A DNA stretch of 64,000 nucleotides, from positions 66,218,001 to 66,282,000 of the forward strand of contig NC_045697.1 in assembly GCF_009834535.1 (NCBI RefSeq), in the 5' to 3' direction. Source of the stretch: Camelus ferus (lineage: Eukaryota). The translations under genes and the position numbers were made by a program. The notes under the pieces were generated by a model, which saw only the letters and a program-made list of their open reading frames with translations, had not been told where the DNA came from and made no database searches. Positions 37,630 to 49,500 of this stretch are shown one piece after another (position 1 is the stretch's first letter; each line of letters opens with the position of its first letter).

Positions 37630-40245
37630 ATTAATGGGTTTTATGCTTCTGAATATAATGGAGTAATAGGGACCAAATTTACTTTGCACCTTAAGTAACA
37701 ACTGGACACTCTGTATGAAACAGTGCCTTTCAAAATTGGACAATTGGCAATGCAACACTGTCATCCCTGATAGAAGAAAACAAAAAAGGTGATCCTTATA
37801 ACTGCCCCAGCCTAATGTCTGGAGGCAGTTTCCAAGCCAAAGTACGTGAAACCCAAGGAGAACCCAGAGTTCTCAATGCATTGGAGAAACAAAGATCAGA
37901 GTTCTGGGAGGTCAAGGCAATTAAATTTTCAAGACAGGAGTCAGCTGCACCGTGGAAGAGAGAGCTCCAGAGATATGCAGAAGGTTCTCCTGAACTTTTT
38001 GGCTGATTATTGATCTGCACATGTGTGAGAAGAAACCACTTACTCATGGCTTAGGAAAGAACCATCAGAAAGCAGTAAACCAAATAATTCCTGGGATTCA
38101 GACAGAGCTGGGAATAGTTTGTGTTCCCACTATGCAGAGCAGAAAAACCTTTTAATATACAGACATTAGATAGAGTGATCAGAATGATAACACCTTAGGA
38201 GTGGAGATTACTTAGAATCCAGACTAAAGGCTGCTCTGGACATGTCCTAACAAAGCTTTAAAGCAAACTTGAAAGGATTAAACTAATTCCAAGTAATTTA
38301 ACTATGTCTCAGAACAAATTTCTATACTATTTAAAAGAATACAACAAAATATAGCACCCATCAATGAAAAATTCTCAGTGTTCACTCAGCATCCAATCAA
38401 AAATTACTAGGCATGCAAAGCAGCAGAAAAATAGAATCCATAACTAAGAGAAAATTCAATCAAAGGAAACAGACCCAGAAATGACAGAGATGATAGAATT
38501 AGGAGATAAGAACTTTAAAACATATCTGCTGTATGTTCAAGGAGGTAAAGGAAAACCTGAACATGATGCAGAGAGAAATGGAAGCTCTTTTAAAAGATCC
38601 ACAGGAAATGTCTAGAGATTAAATATATAATATCTGAATAGAAATTATACTAAGTGTGATTAAAAGCAGACTAGACACTGTAGAAAAGATCTGTGAACTT
38701 AAAGACACAGCAATAGAAACTATCTCAAATGACAAACATGGAGGAAAAAAAGTCAGAAAATAATGAACTGAGCGTCATGGCAGGAAGGACAGTGTCAAGC
38801 ATCGTGACTTACGTGTGTGTGAGGTCCCAGAGTGGGAAGAGAAGCACAATTAAAAAACTGAAGAAGCAAAGCAAAGCTGAGGACTTTCCAAAGTTAATTA
38901 AAAATATGAACCCATGGATCAAAGAACATCAACAAAAGCCAAGCAAAATAAACATGAAGAAAACCACCCTAAAGCACATCATAAATGAATTGCTGGAAAG
39001 TACTGATGAAGGGAAAAATCTTAGAAAGGAAAAAAAAAAAAAAAAGTACAGGGGAACAAACCTAAGGACAACAGAAACTTGTCAGAAAGTATGCAAACCA
39101 GAAGACAGGGAACAACATCTTTAAAGTACTGAAAGGAGAAGAAAACCCCTGCCAACCTGGAATTGATATTCAGTGAAAATCTCTTTCAGAAATGAAGGTG
39201 AAATATAAGCAAATAAAAACTGAAAATTCATCATCAGCAGACCTACCCTACAAAAAATGTTACTGGAAGAACAAAAGTAAAATGATACCAGATGGAAAGT
39301 TGGAAGTACAGATGCCCAGACATGGTTCAAAGATGGGAAATTATAAAAGACATTTTCCTTCTATTTTAAATCCCTTTAAAAGACTATTGACTGTTTAGAG
39401 CAAAAATGATAATAGTGCACTGTAGAGTGTATAATATATGTAGAAGTAAGGTGTATGACAAAAATAGCACAAAGGAGGAGGGGAAATGAAGGAATATTGT
39501 TTTAAGTTTCTCACGTATGAAGTGGTATATTATTTGAATGAACACTGTGAAACGTTATTTAAAAACACACATATTATAGATCTGTTGAGCAACCATGAAA
39601 AATAAAACATAGAGCTAAAGCTAATAAACCAATAGTGGAGACAAAATAGAATACTAAAGATAATTAATCCAAAAGAATGCAAGAAAAGCCGGGGGGGGGA
39701 AGGGCTGGAAACAAATGAGACAAATAGAAAAAAATCCTACTTCTTGGTATCAACTCAAATGAAATGAAACGTATGTCCACGCAAAAATGTGTAAGCCCCC
39801 TTTTATAAGTTTATATAAGCTAAACACCTCAATATACCCATGACTGGTGAATGAATGACTAGAATATGGTGTGTCCACATAATAAAACACTTTACAGCAA
39901 TAAAAAGGAACAAACTACTTAAATGTGCAAAGATAGGAATAAATCTCAAGCTATTATGCTAAGGGAAAGAAGCCATCCACAAAAAAACTACACACTATAC
40001 GATTCTACGAATATGAAGTTCTAGAAAAGGCATAAGTACAGCCACAGAAAGCAGATCAGTGGTTGCCGAAAGCTGGCAGGTCAGGAAGAGGGCTGACTAC
40101 ACTGGGGCAGTGGAGGAACTTGTAGGGGGTGATGGAGTTGTTCTGTATCTTGATTGTGATGGTGGTTAGACAACTGCATACATTTGTCAAGACTCGTTGA
40201 ATTGTATACTTGAAATTACCCCTCAGTAAAGCTGACATTAACACG
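37630..40245 (+). mobile_element. Ancient L1M element: 5' UTR, ORF1 and inter-ORF joined to the ORF2 tip and 3' UTR
   Basis: ORF 38729..39124 includes AEDFPKLIKNMNPWIKEHQQKPSKINMKKTTLKHIINEL (L1 ORF1-like); jumps at ~39735 to CCTACTTCTTGGTATC...GAAATGAAACGTATGTCCAC (PLLGI..EMKTYVH-like) and an L1ME-type 3' UTR. Confidence 0.82.
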
Positions 40246-41224
40246 AATTAATGATTTGACAGTCACATTTTAAAAATAGCCAGTTGACATTACAAGTGAG
40301 CTGGTGCATGCCCTTGAAATAAGACCCCACTGTGGAAAGAAGGGTAACTCATTGGAAGAATGTGAGTGGGAAAGTTCAGTAGAATCACCCATGTTCCAGG
40401 AATCCTGTGTCTGAGTGTATTAATAGAGACCCTAATCCCTTCTCTATAGGAATCCGTTAAAATGTCCCTGAGAGCTTTGGCTACTCTCTTATCTAAACAG
40501 AAAGAGTGACTTCATGACAGCTACTATACTAACTGATTTCATGTCGAAAGCATCAGGTAATATGGCAAGTTGGAATACCCCCGTATTTGCTACCTAGCTC
40601 CAAAGACCAAACAAACAGGCCTCATTTGACTAATCGAGGCCAACTGGTTTGGTCTTAAGCAGTCCCCGGATTAGGACAGATGACAAATGCTTTTGAGATA
40701 GATGTGTTTAAACCATTTTAGAGCCCGAGGCAGGGCATATCAGACTACACGTGGAGCAGCATAAGGCATAGCTGGGAAAAGAAAGCAAACTTTAAACTAA
40801 GCAAGTTGACATTAATGTCAAATGTCAGCCTAGAAGGGAGAACTGACTATGCACCTGTCTGCTTCTAAGGCTCATTAAAGGGTTTAGAGGTTGGATAATT
40901 TTAAAAACCTCTCCAAGTAGATAAATGCAATTGACTTTTTCATTCTGTTTACTGTAGAGTCTCTCGTTTAACTACTTAATTGTTATTAACTTCTTGATAT
41001 ATTAAAAAATTTTTAAGTAAAAGTAATACATGAACAAGATTTTTTAAAAGCCCTGAATGAGCACAGAAATGTATTTTTTTTAAATGAAAGCATCTCTTCC
41101 CAATGCCCATGCCTATTCCTTTCTAGAAACATGTCTCCTGACTTGTATAAATGTGATCTTTACACTATGCCACTTAAGGTTTTGAGATTTCTTATTTCTA
41201 ATGCTTATACATTTTTATGTTATC

Positions 41225-42125
41225 AAGCATCACTGATTTTCCCTGGAAAACCTTTGCTCTCCTGTTCACCTTGACCCCTCTCCGTATCTCAGTTAACAGC
41301 ATCCTCATTCATATGCTAAAGGCAAAAATGTTGGGATCATTCTTGATTCCTCTTTATCTTAAAAATTACGCTCCATATTTAAGCCACCAGCAAATATCTT
41401 CAGATCCACTCCTAAATTACTGCAGGATTCCACAGCTTCCTACCATGTCTACCACAACTACACCTAGTTTCAAGCCACTGTCTTCTCCTAACTGGTTTCC
41501 CTGATTTCACTTTTACCTCTTAAAATCTGGGTAACTTTATGGAAATACATCCTGCCCCTATTTAAAAATCGTCCAATGACTTGCTGGACACTGGAAAGAA
41601 AACCAGACTTCTTCATGGGCCACAAAGCCTGACATCTGGGCTTTGGCTACTTCTCTGATCTCATATCAGTCCCCGCCTTTTCTAGTTCATTTCGCTCCCG
41701 TAAAACCTGCCTCCATAATAGAATAGCATTTCTTTCTCAAGATCTTGTTTGTTTGTTTGTTTGTTTGTTTGTTTGTTTTGCTTTTTATTCTACCTCAAAT
41801 GCTCTTCCTCAGGTATTTGTGTGGCTCACTCTTTTATATCCCTCAGCAGTCTCCTTAAATGTCACCCCCTCTAAAAGCTCTTACCTTAAAATATCACCCC
41901 AGCCCATCACACCATTACTCACTTATCCTTCCCCTGCTTTATCAGGCTTTGTGGCATTTATCACCACTTGAAATACTGTATGTGCCTCTTTTATTCCTAT
42001 CAGACACACTAAAATGTTAACTCCATGAGGGCAGAGACTTAGTTTACTTATCACAATAGCTACATCTCTACGTGGAAGAGCATCTATCATAGAGAAAACA
42101 CTCAGTGAATGTTTTCTGAGTGAAC
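41225..42125 (+). mobile_element. LINE-2 3' portion
   Basis: TCTCAGTTAACAGCATCCTCATTC...GGGATCATTCTTGATTCCTCT...AACTCCATGAGGGCAGAGACTT...CACTCAGTGAATGTTTTCTGAGTGAA. Confidence 0.8.
41745..41778. repeat. (TTTG)n microsatellite
   Basis: Read directly. Confidence 0.93.
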
Positions 42126-44544
42126 CTTCAGCATTTTTGCTGTCTAGATAGTTTAATGAGGTACTTCTTGCTTCATTAAACTGTAGTCGTTACTGTGATC
42201 ACCAAACACAGATCCATTAGAAATATCTGTTGTTTTTCTTTATCAGAGTTGCAAAAAAAAAAAAAAAGAGCTAGTAAAAAATAATTGAACTAAGTCCATA
42301 CTGATTTTTAATATATTACCCATAATCAAACACATTAGACTGGGTGATTAATTATGTGTTGGAATCTTTGCCTCAAGGTAGATAAAGAATAAAAAGAAAA
42401 TAGTGTCAATGTTTGTATATTTCAGAGACTAGTATTTGATCTATTCTTTTTAGACCCACAATCTCATTCCTCAAGATATCTTGACAGATGTCTTCCAGTG
42501 AAGGTTGGGTCCATCAGAATTAATTACACATTCATTTGCTCCAGACACTGTACGGGGCTTTCACAAGTCTCCAGGGCTGCAGTGTTCTATTTTAAGCTGG
42601 ATCACTCTGATCCAGTTGGTTCTGGAATACTGCCAAAGCTAGGGACATCTTCAAAGTCCTTTTTAAAATTGCAGGGTGGAACTGTGCTCTCTAAGAGTTT
42701 GTATTCTTTATGATGGGTATGATCTTTCTTAACTTTGGACACCATTGTTAGTAGATGGTTTCATTCTATTTACACCTAAAGAATACACACCACAGCTAAG
42801 AAAGGAAAACTTGAACCACAATTTAAACAAATGAGATATGAGATTCAAAGCACCCCCAAGATGCTCTCCCAAGATTTAATCCATTACTCTAGTCCCATCA
42901 TTCCTTTGGCAAGATGGTATCTGATAATCAAGGAAAACAGTCAGTTAAGGGAAACTTTTTACTCTGTTCATGGTTTCCAGTGAAATATAGATGATATTAA
43001 AATAAATTTAGGACTTCAGTCTAAAATATCTCTAAGGCTATCTTAATGAAAAATGTCTTGATTTGGATGTTACTTATAGGTTTTATGCATTCAAGTAGTC
43101 TTCATCTAATAAGGAATACAATATGTCTCAAATATGCTAGTAACTTAATCTAGTCATCAGATATTGATTTAAATCCATAATATTTTGAAACTTAAATATG
43201 AAGGGACCAGGACAGAAAGAATGGATTTACCAAAAGCTGGGTTGTAAACTTATCTTGAGCTTAAAATATAATAAAATTGGTCTGAAGTGGCAATGGTGAT
43301 ATACTGGTGGGAAGCAAGGGTGACCCAGTTGAAAATTTATTTATATTATGACCCATAATAGGCTTAAAAGTCAATAAAAAAAATACCAGACTATTTTCCA
43401 GATGCAGTTGTTACATTTGTGGAGTTGTCAATTGATCCATGTAATAATAGGCTAAGTTGCGTTGTACTTACTTAGTCTTCTCATTTGCACTGAGGTCAGC
43501 TTGGATGTCTTCTTTAATCCATCTTTCTCCTGGTAGTGACCTATGTAAACTGTTCTTTAAACAGGAAAAAGTTTTGAGGTTTTGCTGAAACTGCAACAAA
43601 ACTGAGGGCTTCTCCCTGAGCTAAGCATGCAATAGGCACTCAGTAAATTTGATTTTCTTTCACTTTATAGACCATGTTGTCTACTTCCTGTAATGATGCT
43701 TGCATTCAGGTTTGGATTCTGTATTGCAATGTCTTATAGTTGCTAGACAGGACCATGACATAGACAGAACATATAGAAAAGCCTTCATCTTTGAGTATCT
43801 GTTACTGTAAATATAGCTTTCATGAAGAACTTGTTTATAACTTTCAAAGGAAATAAGAGGAAAAATTACTCAGTGAGTAATGGAATGGTAGAGTTATAAT
43901 TAAAAGATTCTTGGCAATGTTATTTTGAAGAACAGAAATAATTCCATACAAAAAAAGAGAAAGAATTCCATACAAAAACCCCTTTATACTCGGCCAAGTA
44001 AGTAGCTACTGTCCACTATATAACGCATTACCTCTCCTTCAGCCTGTACTGTTCTTCATTTCTCAAAGGATCTCACAGTTTGTAGAGCTCAAGCAATGGG
44101 TACCACTTGGAATTCTTGGGCAGGCCTCAAAAAGGGAATCAGTTTGAAGGATAAAGAAAAGTTTGGTTTAGTTGATCCATGATTGTATTTTTGTTGTTTA
44201 TTTTGGCACCTACTGGCAAATGTGAAAATGGCTTCTTCTTCTATGTAAGTAACGGTATTTGCCATATAAACTAATTTTATACACTAAGCACCATTGATAT
44301 AGTTTAGTATATTATTGTTCTAAAGTACACAATGTTTTCCTTGGTTCCTAACTGCCCTCTTAGCTCTCCCTATAACCTCATTCCCTATTATTACTTCCTT
44401 CCCCATTTTTCTTTGCATTCTAGGGGAAAACAACAGTAAAAATATTTATCTCTGAAGAAATTCAGATACCATTTTATTCATTTGTCTGTTTCGAGGGGTT
44501 TTGACTTTATCTTTTTATCAAAGAAATGGATGGAGGGCATTAAT

Positions 44545-44780
44545 TATGGAATCACATATAACTGAATTGGAATCCCACCTCTACTGTTTACAAGCATTGC
44601 TACCTTAGATAAGTGAATCAACCTCTCTGAGCCTCAAATTGCTTATCTATAAGATGGAGAAAATCATAGCACCAGAAAATAATATGAGTCTGAGAAATAA
44701 ACGATAATGAGTATAAAAGTGATTGGCACAAGCCCCGCACATTGTAATACATGGTAGATGCTAGCTGGCAGTTATTCTGT
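44545..44780 (+). mobile_element. MIR
   Basis: GGAATCCCACCTCTACTG...ACCTTAGATAAGTGAATCAACCTCTCTGAGCCTCA...TATCTATAAGATGG. Confidence 0.8.
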
Positions 44781-44809
44781 TATTCACAGTGATTCCTATT
44801 CTTTTCTCC

Positions 44810-44978
44810 CTTACCAACATTCTATTGTAAAAACCTTCAAATATACAGAGATATGCAAAGAATTGTACAGTGAACACCTATGCATGTTCCACCTAGCTAC
44901 AACTAGTATTTTACTACACTTGCTTTATCACATACCTATTCACTTCTCCAGCCCTCTACCCATCTAGCAATCCATCTA
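44810..44978 (-). mobile_element. Old L1 3'-end fragment
   Basis: TTCAAATATACAGAGA...AAAGAATTGTACAGTGAACACC...CCACCTAG...TTGCTTTATCACATA. Confidence 0.7.
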
Positions 44979-45180
44979 TTCTAGTAACTATTGTGTAACA
45001 AACTCTCCAAACCAAGTGGCTAAAATAATAGCTATTTTGTTTTGTTCATGGAGTCTGTGAGTTAGGGGTTCAGACAGGGTATAGTGGGATTGGCTTGTCA
45101 TTACTCTACCATGTCTGGGGCCTCAGCTGGGAAGACTTGATGACTGGAATCATCTGGAAGCACCTTCACTCACATGTCAG
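44978..45180 (-). mobile_element. MaLR LTR fragment (MLT1F-like), truncated
   Basis: TATTGTGTAACAAACTCTCCAAA...GTCTGGGGCCTCAGCTGGGAAGACTTGA...GGAATCATCTGGAAG...TTCACTCACATGTC. Confidence 0.8.
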
Positions 45181-45489
45181 GGGTGGCCAACATCAGATAC
45201 CATTTTAAATATGTAGGTAATACATGGACATGGGAATGAAAAGTTTGGAATCTTTTAGGCTTACCGATATAAAAGCCAAAGTGTTCCATTTGGGATCAGT
45301 TAACTGGGAATCAAAGTGAAAGACTCTGTCACTGTGATTATTAGGGAAAGCTGGCGTTTCCCTCTCCCACCTCTCCCCAGGGCTGGTGTAACATTAATGA
45401 AAAAGCAGAAGTATGGTTACTCTTTGGAAAAAAAAAAGGCATAATAATTTGCTTTGCATTTTTATTTCCTAAATTCTTGTATCAGCCGA

Positions 45490-45672
45490 ACTTCAACCAC
45501 TAGTTGGGTAACTTTGGACAAGTTACTTAATCTTTCTAAACTTCTGTGTCCTCATCAGAAGGGTGATTTAAAGTTGTCGCTACCTCATAGGGTTGTTGTA
45601 AGAATACGCACATCAAACACCTAACCTAGAATATCGTACACAGAAGGCTGCAGAAATAGCGGGCTATCATTA
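45490..45672 (+). mobile_element. MIR
   Basis: ACTTTGGACAAGTTACTTAATCTTTCT...CTACCTCATAGGGTTGTTGTAAGAAT. Confidence 0.8.
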
Positions 45673-45739
45673 TTTGTTAGTCTTCTTAAGCTAGATAAAC
45701 AAAAACTTTATGCAGTTTTACTGAGAAACACATCTATTT

Positions 45740-46080
45740 ACTTATTATATAAATATTTATTGAATACTATGTGCCAATCACTGTGATAGATGCTGGGGAT
45801 ATATTAGTGAACAAGACAAATTCTGCCCTTGTGGTGCTTGTGGTCTGGAAGGCAACAGTGACATTAAACAATAATTACTCAAATTACTGTGGAACTGCTA
45901 TCATAACAAGGGCTGTGAAGGGAAAGTGCAGGTGCTTTAGAAGTATAAACGCAGTGTGTAGGGGTGAATAACTTGCTCTAAAGAGTCAGAGAAGGTTGCT
46001 CCAGGAAAGTGACATTTAAAATAAGATCTAGAGTCAACAGGACAGATTTGTGGGGGTGGCATTGATGGAATGTAGTGAGG
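45740..46080 (-). mobile_element. LINE-2 3' end
   Basis: AAATATTTATTGAATACTATGTGCCA...GCTGGGGATATATTAGTGAACAAGACAAA...GGAAAGTGACATTT. Confidence 0.8.
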
Positions 46081-46426
46081 TCGTTCAAATATATAAATAA
46101 AACCACAAAAATGGTCTCAATTCAGCTGAAGGCATTTTTACTTAAAAATGATAGAAGAAAATTTCCTAAGGGTCCTTACAGTTTGAAAGTATTATTATAG
46201 GGCACTCATAGATTGTTAGACTCAATAGGAATATTAAGAACATTTTATTTAGTAAAATACATTCAAAAGGATTAATTTGTTACACAGTCAGGTGTTGCCT
46301 ATTTAAAAAGCTAGAATTTAAAAACTCCGTCTTACTAAACTTCAGGCTTCTAAGATGCAACGTACAACATGGAAATGGATAAGGTTTTATTTGCTTTGAG
46401 GAGTTCTTTATTTATTTTTATTTTTA

Positions 46427-46565
46427 GGCATCGTGAAGTGGAAAGAACATCGAATCTGACGTCAGGAGGTCTGGGTTCTATTTCTGACTGTTATTTGCTC
46501 ACTGGGGAGCCATAAGCAGGGCATTTAAACTAGAAGCTTCCTTTTTTGTAAAAGGAGATATTACT
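46427..46565 (+). mobile_element. MIR 5' part
   Basis: GCATCGTGAAGTGGAAAGAACAT...GTCAGGAGGTCTGGGTTCTA. Confidence 0.65.
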
Positions 46566-49500
46566 TACAAAAGCCCTGCATTACAGAAGCTTAGCAGAAG
46601 GAGCACTGTTAGTTTAGGAGATGACATGACGGTATGGATCGGGGTCAAAAGGTTCCTGAAACCTCATTCTTCTTTCACCTAAACATCTGTTGGTTCCTCT
46701 CTTCCGGCTTTATGACAGTAAAGGATCAGGTATCTCATTACCTTAAGATTGAAAGGAAAGAGAGAGAGAGGAGAAAAGATCAACAGCTTTTGGTAACAGG
46801 AATAGAACAAGTAACGAATAGGAGCAAAAGTTAACTGAAGTGTAAAGAGGAAACAATGGGAGTTGAAAGTTGATCACTGCAGCTACTTGGGGGTCTTTTA
46901 TCTTCTGAGTGGTGCTCGGGGTCCTGCTGCCAGACGTAACTGCACTACCACGAAAAACGGCCAAACTATTCCTATTCTCTCAGAATTTTTTCTTCTCCAT
47001 CTTGTCCTTTTTCCTAAGCAACTTTCTGCCTTCCTCCATCCTGTACTTTCTTTTTCAGTTTCCTTGTCTCCTCTCCCAGGCTTCTTTGCTTTTTCTCCTG
47101 TACTCTTGTCCCTACTCCTTCTATTTTCCCCTTTTTATTGCTTCATCCTACAAGAACACAATCATTAATTAAAACCCCCTGTAGCAAAAATGTACTCCAA
47201 TGAAACCCTTAAAAATTATAATTGGTCTTTATAACTACACAGTACAACGGCAAATATGTCAAACAAATAACATCCAAAGGAACATCATTCCTCATGTCAC
47301 CAGTACTACTTGCAAAGTTCCAGTTGCAAGATAGGATACTACCACTCACATGGTGGCACTTACAAATTTGTTTAAGGAGAAAAAAATGTGAAACATAAGG
47401 ACGCATTTATGCTCAGTGTGTAGGCCAGTCTGAGGGCTAAACATATCATGCTCTGATATTTATTGTCAGATAATGTTATTGTCATTTTGCAGGTGGACTC
47501 TTCAAAGAAATTATTTGTCAATCCAATTCAAGTAGTAGTTAGAATTATATACGTAAGAAAACAAACACAGGGAAATAAATCTGAAGGCAAAAAAAAAAAA
47601 AAAAAAAGAATAGGTTGTCTTAGATTTTGTGGAACTCACCAGGGAATTTTTTTAACTTCAAAACTAAGAAGTGAATTATATTTGGTGAAATTATGTACAC
47701 CCAATATTATATCTGCATATAAGATAATCAGATGTCATTACTTCAGAGATGTTACTGATAATGCTACAGCCCAGGAAATTCCTCAGCATCCCCATCATTT
47801 GGGGATACTACATGGTCTACCAGCCAACCAACTCTGGACAGCCTATGTAGAGAAGGAAACTGCTCTTTATAAATGCCAGAATCAGAATGTGCTGGCAATC
47901 CTTACAGGAACAATGGAGTGCTCTCCAATATTATTCTTTGGATTGGAATTGACTTTTAAGAATTCATGTCAGTAGACAGGCTATTTGATCTAGTCAAATT
48001 CTTATGGATTGGCTAGGGTTGAGTTGGAAAGGAAGCCACTTAGGACACATAAAAAAGTCCAGAAACCTCTGGCTCTGTTGACTAAAATGTCTCATTTGTT
48101 ACTCAATGTGAGAGAAAGAGAGAGAGCTAATGAAACAGAAATTCTAATCGTATTATCTGAGAGCTCTTGAAATTGTTTCAATTCTCAACCCTTTGATAAG
48201 GAAAGGCTAACACAGTAATAACAAACTGGCAGCATGTGCATGCACAAAGGAGAAACAAAGAGTATGTTTTATTAATTTTCTAGAGAAACAAATATTAATA
48301 GAATCAACAAGCTCACAAAAAGATGAAAAAAATTTTTTTTTTTTTTTTTTTGGTGTTCAGGTTGAAAATTTAAGCGGGAACTTGGATTCTTTGGGAAGAC
48401 ATCCCATAGAGATTGGGTTATAAGCTAGTCTTTCTTAAACAATCTCAGAAAAAAAAGCCCAGAGTCCTTTCTCTGAAAGCTGGAAAAACAGGAAAAATCT
48501 ATATTTGTGTTTTGCCAGTATTCAAATCTAAATGACCTGAGGGGTGGCAGACAGCACATCTAGGAGTCAATAGTTTCTGAGCAGACTGCTTCCCAAACTT
48601 TAGCAAGGGGCCTCAGAGTTTCCCTCCAAATGGAAGATGTTCGTTTAAAATGCTACTCAGGTAGGTAAGCTACAAGCTTAGAAATTGGACATCTTCATAG
48701 TGAAGTGTCTTAGTAATGGGGAAAAAATGGAAATTAGGAACTTTAACAAGGAGGAGTTTGAAAGCAAGCCCTTTTTAGTTCTCTCCCACCCTGGCCTGGG
48801 AAATGTGTGTTCTGCACATCGGAAGTGACCTACTTAAGTAGTCACCCAACAAGGGAAAAGTCCATCTGGTTACCACAATAGGGTGAGATTCTCCTTAACT
48901 TCATCCACCTCATTTTACTCTGATTCTATTCTTGATGAGCAAACTTCTGACCTAAACTTTATTTTTCAGTTAGACTTTTCTGGAAGTGAAATGACCTGAA
49001 CCTTCCAGATTGCTTCACAATTATCCTTCACTATAAATTAGTAAATTGAACTTCTGGGTTTTTCATCAGCTTCTAGTGAGATTTGGTATTAGCATGAAGG
49101 TGTCCCTGAGAGTCTGTCCATTCTGTAGTTGGACTAATAAAAATGAATTTCTGAACATGCTCAATTTGCACTGATGGAGACCTCACAAAGATTTATTTGT
49201 CCTGAGAGATTCAATCGGAAAAAACTCTGACAATTCTTTTCTTCTTTTTTTTAACCAACTTTTTAAGTGCAATATGAATGAACTAAAACCCACATTTCTT
49301 CATTTAAAATGAAAAATAGTTTGTGAAATCTTGTCATGTATAAGACTTACTTTTGTTTAAAACTACGTATACAACTTTAAAATTATATTATTGATGGTAA
49401 TCGTTGAAGCTTTCTATTTTGTGTATGTTTGAAAATTCTACAATAAAAAGTAAAGCAGAAACAAACAAAAAGACCCATCAGGAGACTTAAAATTCATCTT

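Noticed and set aside
47463..47975. 170-aa ORF
   Set aside because: TTG start, runs through a poly(A) tract (poly-Lys), no recognisable homology.
48230..48900. Possible old LTR
   Set aside because: LTR-like texture, but I could not identify termini, a TSD or a family.
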